Made by a program: the position numbers and the translations under genes. DNA of 55,291 nt from Octopus bimaculoides (Eukaryota), in NCBI RefSeq assembly GCF_001194135.2, contig NC_068996.1:51571290-51626580 (forward strand). Reading direction: 5' to 3'. The notes beneath the pieces are model-generated. The model was not told the origin of the DNA, did no database searches, and was given only the letters and a program-made list of their open reading frames with translations. This document shows, in pieces, positions 48,091 through 55,291 of this stretch (its first letter is position 1; each line of letters begins with the position of its first letter).

Positions 48091-49011
48091 TGGGTGTTAT
48101 CTGTCACATGACAAGTAAATTTGGAAGTATATTTTTGCTATCATGGGTAATGTCAGGAAATATGGCATACTTACAATGATTATAGTTCAACTTTAATCAA
48201 ATTTCTTGATGCTTATACAAAAGAATCAAATGAATACTAATTAAAAAAAGAAAATTATTTATTTCCTTAAAATGACTTTGTGTGTGTGTGTGTGTTTGTG
48301 TGTGTGTTTGTGTAAGTGTGTGTGTAAGTGTGTGTGTGTGTGTGTGTGCATGCTTTGTGTAAATATGTGTGCAAACATGTATATCAATGTGAACATGTAT
48401 TGTGTATACTTTTATTTGTTTATATATTTGTATTTATATTTGTTCTCACTTTACCTAATAAGAATATATTTACATTTGATACAAACATTTTTATTTATAT
48501 TCAAATTACGACAAACGTAAACAAACAAACGAAGTTTGCTTTTTTAGAAGCGTTGAGATGTGTTAGAAAGTTAAAGAAGTGATTTTTAAATTCTCAAACG
48601 CAGGATAATGCTAATAATATAGCCTGAACAGGATAAACTACCCCTATTTTGCAGAAAAAAGTGTAGGCGGTCAATGTTTATTCATTTCTATGAAACTTGT
48701 CCATAGTTTTAAATTTCATACGGTTAAAATACCTCTTCAATTCCCATCTGTATTGCACTATTTTCATTGTTTTTCAAATAACATTCCATATATGATATGC
48801 TTTAATTTCTTCCATGATACATTTATACTTGACAGTCTCCCCACCTCTGTCTATTTCTATACCTCTCACCTTCTCACCTTACTCTCTCTATTACTTTACT
48901 CTACTTTTTACTCTCTCTCCTTTGTTTTATAACATTTATTTCTACTATATTTTTTAATGCTTTATTTACCAATCTACCAATCAACCAATATTCATATTGT
49001 TTATTATAATT

Positions 49012-49205
49012 ATTGAGGCAGTGAGCTGGCAAAATCAACATTAACATGTCCAACAAAACGCCCAGCTGCATATATTGTGGCCCTTTACATTTTGACTTCA
49101 AAATCAACTGACATCATTATTACCTTTCATCCTTTCAAAGTCGATAAAATAAAAACCTGTTGAACACTAAAATAATCAACTGGCCTCCTGCCCCTGAATT
49201 CTGGT
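49012..49205 (+). mobile_element. Degenerate family-A SINE
   Basis: GAGGCAGTGAGCTGGCAAAATC head and CCTTTCATCCTTTCAAAGTCGATAAAATAA core. Confidence 0.7.
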
Positions 49206-49413
49206 AAGAATTGTTAGTAATATATATACATGTGTGTGTGTGTAAATATATATATATATATATATATTATAATAATTAGGAGAATCAGTTTATTAGACGG
49301 AGTCCAATAAATGTCATCAAATAAATGGAACAGGTTGGAAACCAAAGGAATAATGCCCTAAATGGAAGAAGTATTTTCATCCAGAAAAATACAATATATA
49401 TAATATATACATA

Positions 49414-49449
<36 letters not shown>

Positions 49450-49562
49450 CATATATATATATAAACTTACATCATCATGTCATCATCATTTTAATATCAG
49501 TGTGTATAAATATATCAGTGTGTATAAATATATGTGTGTAGAGTGTTAGGTATATATATAAT

Positions 49563-50296
49563 ACTAGCAGCGAAGCCCGGTTTCACCCAGTCGGTTTGGA
49601 TGATGTGGCTGTAAAACCTGCTCTGTGTAAGTATTAGAATTGTTTGGGCACGCTTATGTTGAAAAACAATTTTAGAATGACTTTTTTCTGTCAAAATGCT
49701 AAAAATAACTGACCAACAACAATAAAAACAAACAACCAAGATTCAGCCAAATCAAAAAATAAACCCAAATACTAAGCGAACAAAGATGAACCATCCCACT
49801 TCCATTGCATGCTCACACACACATTCACATACTTCCTTTTACATACACATATATTCACACAGAGTTGAAACGCTGTTTGATCTATTTTTTCAGCGTACAA
49901 TTTTCTTCATCCCACTACCAAGTATGACATCACCCCTTCCTTTCTTATTCATTTATCACCCCTTCCTTTCTCATTCATAAACACAAGAGTATTATTATAG
50001 TAGATTATCTCAGTAACCATGGGAGCTATGAACAAAATACAAAGCCCAGCATCACCACCGGATCATTCTACACATCTGTTTAATTTTTCGTGCAATTCTA
50101 CCCAGCTGTTAGACCGTGAATCCCAAGACAAGAAAGAATCGCCCATGTCAAATTTATATCTACAGATATATATATGTGTATGGCAGCTTTCGTCCTAATT
50201 TTGGGACTGCCATGTTGGCTTGGCGATAACTATTAATTTCCAGTACCGCTGTCGTAGTCTCCTTTAGAGAGACTTAGAAATATTAATAACTCTATT
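49563..50296 (-). mobile_element. Non-autonomous Helitron-like element (3' end at ~49564; other end probably in the gap)
   Basis: A-CTAG followed by CAGCGAAGCCCGGTTTCACCCAGTCGG, a GC-rich subterminal hairpin-like segment; extent uncertain. Confidence 0.55.
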
Positions 50297-50921
50297 NNNN
50301 NNNNNNNNNNNNNNNNNNNNNNNNNNNNNNNNNNNNNNNNNNNNNNNNNNNNNNNNNNNNNNNNNNNNNNNNNNNNNNNNNNNNNNNNNNNNNNNNNNNN
50401 NNNNNNNNNNNNNNNNNNNNNNNNNNNNNNNNNNNNNNNNNNNNNNNNNNNNNNNNNNNNNNNNNNNNNNNNNNNNNNNNNNNNNNNNNNNNNNNNNNNN
50501 NNNNNNNNNNNNNNNNNNNNNNNNNNNNNNNNNNNNNNNNNNNNNNNNNNNNNNNNNNNNNNNNNNNNNNNNNNNNNNNNNNNNNNNNNNNNNNNNNNNN
50601 NNNNNNNNNNNNNNNNNNNNNNNNNNNNNNNNNNNNNNNNNNNNNNNNNNNNNNNNNNNNNNNNNNNNNNNNNNNNNNNNNNNNNNNNNNNNNNNNNNNN
50701 NNNNNNNNNNNNNNNNNNNNNNNNNNNNNNNNNNNNNNNNNNNNNNNNNNNNNNNNNNNNNNNNNNNNNNNNNNNNNNNNNNNNNNNNNNNNNNNNNNNN
50801 NNNNNNNNNNNNNNNNNNNNNNNNNNNNNNNNNNNNNNNNNNNNNNNNNNNNNNNNNNNNNNNNNNNNNNNNNNNNNNNNNNNNNNNNNNNNNNNNNNNN
50901 NNNNNNNNNNNNNNNNNNNNN

Positions 50922-50966
<45 letters not shown>

Positions 50967-51084
50967 ATTATTTGTATATTCTCCCATATATATATGTATG
51001 TATGTGTATAATGTTTTATACCACTTATATTCAACCCCCCACTGTACCTTGAGGGTAATTCCCAACACATCTTTACCACCATCC

Positions 51085-51115
<31 letters not shown>

Positions 51116-51309
51116 CCTCAGTCTATCTTTCTCTCTTTCCTCTCCTTTCTTTTCCAACAAGTGTTGCCAAATATTTCCTCTATAGCAAGACATCCCTTTC
51201 TATCCTTCTATTATACTGTAAATCCTGAAGTGGCACAAATCCACCTCCCCCAGTGCTACTCCTCCAACCTAGTCAAGGGAGGTCTTTGTCTTCCAAGTTA
51301 CTTGATGAC

Positions 51310-51460
51310 CACTCTGCAAAGTGGCTGCCATTAGGAAGGGCATCCAGCAGTAAAAACCTTACATAAGCAGACAATAGAGTCTGGTGCAGCAGTTCTCTGG
51401 TTTGCCAGCCCCTATCAAACATTCCAGCCCGTGGCAGTATGGAAAATGGATGTTAAATTA
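51310..51460 (+). mobile_element. RTE-type tail fragment
   Basis: TTAGGAAGGGCATCCAGC...GGATGTTAAA. Confidence 0.75.
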
Positions 51461-51464
51461 CAAT

Positions 51465-52125
51465 ACATGTATGTATGCGTGTGTGTGTGTGTATGTATGT
51501 ATGTATGTATTTTTGTATGCATGTATTTTTGTATGTATGTATGACTGTGTGGGTATGTGTGTGTGCATGCATGTATATACAAAGTATGTATGTGTATGTA
51601 TGTACGTATGTATGTATGTATCTATGTATGTATGTATGCATGTGTGTATGTGTGTATGTATGTATGATGTATGTATGTATGCAGTACTTATGTATACATG
51701 TATCTATGTATGTACACAGTATGTATACATGCATGTATGTATGTATGTATGCATGTATGTATGTATGTATGCATGTATGTATGTGTGTGAATGTATGTAT
51801 GTATGCATGTGTATGTATCTGTGTGTATGTATGTATGTCTGAGTATGTATGTATCTATGTAGGCAGTATGTATGAGTGTGTGTATGTATGTATATATGCA
51901 TGTGTGTATGCATGTACACAGTATGTATGTATGTGTGTGTGTATGTATGTATGTGTGTATGTATGTATTTATGTACGCAGTATGTATGAGTGTGTGTATG
52001 TATGTGTGTATGTATGTGTATGTATGCATGTGTGTGTATATGTGCATGTGTATGTACATGTGCATGTACGCTCACGTGTGTGTGTGTGTCTGTGTGTGTG
52101 TGTGAGTCTAAATATGTATGTATAG
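51465..52125. repeat. Degenerate (TATG)/(TG) satellite
   Basis: Direct inspection. Confidence 0.9.
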
Positions 52126-52129
52126 GTAC

Positions 52130-52860
52130 AGACGTGGCTGTGTGGTATAAAGTGTGCTTCCTAACCACAAGATCCTGGGTCCATTCCTACACGGTAACAT
52201 CTTGGGTAAGTGTCTTCAACTAGAGCCCCAGACCGATGAACGCCTTGGGAGAAGATTTGGTTGACAGAAACTGAAAGAAGCCCGTTGCTCGTGTAAGTAA
52301 GTACGTATATAGTGCCGTCTTTAGGCACGGGCATACTGAGCAGTTTCCCGCGGGCTTCACGGGTCTAGAAAAGCAACGGACATCTATATATATATGCTCT
52401 GGTTTGTCGTAAAAAAAGATAAAATAAGGCCCAGCGCACTGATTTGCCCGGGAACCTATGGACATGTATGTTTGTATGTATGCATGCATGCATGTATGCA
52501 TGTATGTATTATGTGCGCGTACGTGTGTGAGGATGTGTGTGTGTGTGCGTGCGTGTCTGTGTGTGCGTGCGTGCGTGTGTGTGTGTGTATGTGTTCGTGT
52601 CTCCTTCTCTTGACAGACATCGCGTGATTTGTGAAATGATTGTCACAGCGATACAAGAAGCAGTATCGTTTATTTCCAATATTCCAAAGCCTGGCGTGAA
52701 GAAATATCACCTTGCTTGGAAACAGGTGAGGGCTGGCAACAGAATGGAATCCAGCCGCAGAAAAATCTGCCTCAATAAACTCCGTCCGAACCATGCAAGC
52801 ATGAAAAACTGGACGTTAAAGTAATAATAATAATGTTGACGATGATGATGACGATGATAT
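52130..52860 (+). mobile_element. Family-B SINE head and core joined to an RTE-type tail
   Basis: ACGTGGCTGTGTGGTATAAAG head; tail ...ATCCAGCCGCAGAAA...CCATGCAAGCATG...GGACGTTAAA. Confidence 0.75.
52310..52460. mobile_element. PIF/Harbinger-like MITE remnant inside the SINE microsatellite
   Basis: AGTGCCGTCTTTAGGCACGGGCA..CTGAGCAGTTTCCC / GGCCCAGCGCACTGATTTGCCCGGG; family call from recollection. Confidence 0.5.
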
Positions 52861-52885
52861 ATTTTATACAGATAAGCACACACAC

Positions 52886-52947
<62 letters not shown>

Positions 52948-53021
52948 CATATACATAATACATATATATATACATATACAAAAAATATATATATATATGT
53001 ATATGTATATATATATGTATG

Positions 53022-53081
<60 letters not shown>

Positions 53082-54212
53082 AATATATATATGTATGTAT
53101 GTATATTACAGATAAATATATAAATGCATATAAAATGTGTGCGATTTTGTTATGAATGTTTGTGTTGTTCTTTAATCGCTTCTCTGCCCCGATCGAGCAA
53201 ACCTATGATCAAATCCTGGCAACGACCATCTCGTCGGTATATATCTGGGACCACAGCAATCCCACATAAATAATTCAAAATAAGAGGCGTTTCTAAAAAC
53301 CGACTGGATCCGCACTTGGTCCCCTACATGTCCTAAGGCAACGAAACACAAAACCTAGTTAGTTCACCGATGATCGAAGATAAATGACAACTTAAGGATA
53401 CAAAAATTAATGTGCATGTATATATATTTGACGATACGTTGTTTCAGGTCAAATTCACTGGAAAATGAAAATCTTCATAATTTAGAATAAGGAAAATTAA
53501 TATTAAATAGACGACCGACCCAAGTCCTCAGATTTGAAAATAAAGGTTATCATCGGTTAATGGACCCCAGTATATGACTGATACATGTTCGATCAACCGA
53601 AGGAAGACGGAAAACAAAACAGAAACACTCAGTCTTGTATATTATTGTATGATTGTGCCACATAGGAAAGCAGACATCACATTTTGATTTGATTTCAAAC
53701 CATGATGCCACAGGTTGCTCCGCCCCTTTCCCGGCGTGGAGAAATTTAAATGGATACTTCAGTATAGTGGGGACTGTTGGAGCGATCATACTCATATCTC
53801 TTCGAAAAGCTTCTGCTTATCACTAGAGTTGCTAGAAATAGCAGCCAAATCTCACTCAAATCACATCCTATGATCTTATATAAAGATAATTGGATAACGT
53901 AGTCCTACACAGTCTGAAAAAGACTTTGATTGTCATGTTTCGAATGCCTTTAATTAGAAATCTGCTTGAAGAAGGTTGATCTAAGGATAAACAACATTAA
54001 GTAGCCTTATGGATATTTATATGTCAAACTACAACTATAACATATCCTAAGCTACAAGTAATGTACAAGTATGACGTTCTTTGTTACAAACAATCACATA
54101 TGAACAATGCTTTAAATATATACACAGATTAAAATAATTTATTTTTTAAAAACAAATATACTGAAAATTGCTGCATAGACAATGTTGATCTATAAAAAAA
54201 AGGTGTACCTAC

Positions 54213-54231
54213 TTGTACTTTCTCCAGACAT
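54213..54231 (-). CDS. SIRT2: SIRT2 candidate coding exon 1 (MSGEST + 1 nt)
   Basis: Minus strand reads ttcaagATG TCT GGA GAA AGT ACA A|gtaggt. It ends in phase 1, as exon 2 requires, and lies in the CpG-rich region. Exon 1+2 = 63 nt, matching my recollection of human SIRT2 exons 1+2. Too short for protein homology. Confidence 0.55.
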
Positions 54232-54279
54232 CTTGAAATGTGTAAACAGATGGGAAGATTGTCTTAGAAGAACAGTTAC

Positions 54280-54355
54280 CTCCCTTTATAGCAGACACTC
54301 CTGCAACCTGACGAACTTTACTCTTTAATTTGATGCTAAGGTCAAAGTTCACCAT
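54280..54355 (-). CDS. SIRT2: SIRT2 candidate alternative first coding segment (MVNFDLSIKLKSKVRQVAGVSAIKG + 1 nt)
   Basis: caagtgATGG start, 25 open codons, then GGA G|gtaact donor in phase 1, in frame with exon 2. No homology support. Confidence 0.35.
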
Positions 54356-55291
54356 CACTTGAGTCCCGGACTCGATTTCGGTTCTCTGTTGAAATGATTT
54401 TACTGATATCGAAAATGATATTTAAAAAATTTTTTTTTTTTAAATCATGAACTTCGTAATATCCAATTTTTCAGACAACATACCTATGTTAGAAACCACT
54501 GATTTTTCCTACTTTCATAATTTTATCAAGTCCAAATTTGGCATTGGGTTTCCAACCATTCCAACCACTTCCGGTGAATTTCAAGGAGTTGGAAGCATTG
54601 CATATTCTTACGTGACGGGTGGAAAATACAGGGGTGACAAAAGCCCTTCAACAACGGCGACAACAGTCGTTATTTCCAGATGTCAGCCTTCGTAATATTG
54701 TTAGAATTTTAATGATACAATATTTGAAATGCAAACAAAACTAATTTCTTTGACTGGGGAAAATTTTTAGCTGGAGCTTCGAAGAGCTTCTCGTAAAATA
54801 CTTTCAGACTTGGTTCCGAGGTGACTATAGGCATAACTACAGATATTTGTCCCCACTGACTTTGTTGCCTCGTAATTCCCAGAAAAAGGGATACTTTTAA
54901 ACGAAATTCTGAACAAAAAATCGCTCGAATTCTGTAGATTGAGCGTATCTAAAGATTTATTGGAAAAAATATTTCCGAGGGGTTGGGGAGAGGAGTTTCG
55001 GAAAATTCACATTACCCAACATTTCCCCCCCCCCTCGTAACTTTCGGGAAAATGGGTATTTTTTAATGAAATTTTATCCAAATACCTTTCAAACGGTGTA
55101 GAAATTTGTTAGCAAAATTTTTTGGAAAGGGGCGGGGGAGGAGTTTCTGGTAAACAGAGTTTCGGATCAGGCGGCCCACATAAGTTGGAATTTCTCCGTT
55201 TTGACCGGGATTTTTTCCAATTATTTTTTTTTTAGCAGTTTTCGGATGATGGGGTGGGGGCATCTTTCACGAAAAATAGAAAAAAAATTTG

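Larger units (their letters stand above)
53100..55291. promoter_or_regulatory. CpG-retaining putative SIRT2 promoter / 5' region
   Basis: By eye CpG is more frequent than in the introns. ETS-type ACTTCCGG at 54567-54574, half-CRE TGACG at 54613-54617, GC boxes near 53717 and 55128, TATAAA on the minus strand at 54290-54285. Confidence 0.6.

Noticed and set aside
47388-48179. 200-260 aa ORFs of MYVC/HTYI repeats (also 51384-52168, 23482-23821, 41451-41844)
   Set aside because: TA/TG/TATG microsatellites lack stop codons in several frames; no splice or homology support.
48170-48215. Exon-like segment with a strong minus-strand GTAAGT donor
   Set aside because: Stops in all three frames and a weak acceptor; such motifs are expected by chance in a 19-kb intron.
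54232-54279. 48-nt GT-AG mini-intron between the two candidate first-exon donors
   Set aside because: Very short, with a weak AAG acceptor; better explained as alternative donors.
54447-54695. 82-aa plus-strand ORF in the promoter region
   Set aside because: No recognisable domain; length compatible with chance; kept only as part of the bidirectional-promoter hypothesis.

Overview
AT-rich animal genomic DNA with ten N-gaps and dense (TA)n/(TG)n/(TATG)n/(GAT)n microsatellites. The SINE and RTE-tail repertoire points to an octopus (Octopus sp.; inferred from repeat families). One protein-coding gene fills almost the whole window on the minus strand: a sirtuin-2 (SIRT2) orthologue. I could splice 14 GT-AG coding exons in frame between 54231 and 1958 (954 nt, 318 codons): MSGESTSDNKDEANAEKSTGNVDGPHPGSTSFWLRNLFENLSL...[16 protein letters not shown]...HFTQNIDGLE...VEGHG...CINC...CTEC...KPDIVFFGE...GTSLTVMPF...NNYRDVFWQGTCDDGCEKLAELLDYQ. 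The terminal exon is unresolved. Exons 4-14 rest on clear protein homology; exons 1-3 rest mainly on splice signals and phase fit. A CpG-retaining putative promoter lies at ~53100-55291. The introns hold many decayed mobile elements: three tRNA-derived SINE families, RTE/CR1/R4-Dong LINE pieces, Penelope-like remnants, mariner, maT (DD37D), TRT (DD37E), hAT, piggyBac-like MITEs and Helitron. The most interesting signal is a candidate alternative N-terminus: a second ATG and donor plus a 24-nt microexon could add a basic, mitochondrial-presequence-like leader to SIRT2. This is inference and untested. I found no evidence of CRISPR, rRNA or true tRNA genes. Repeat coordinates are approximate; exon coordinates were read base by base.
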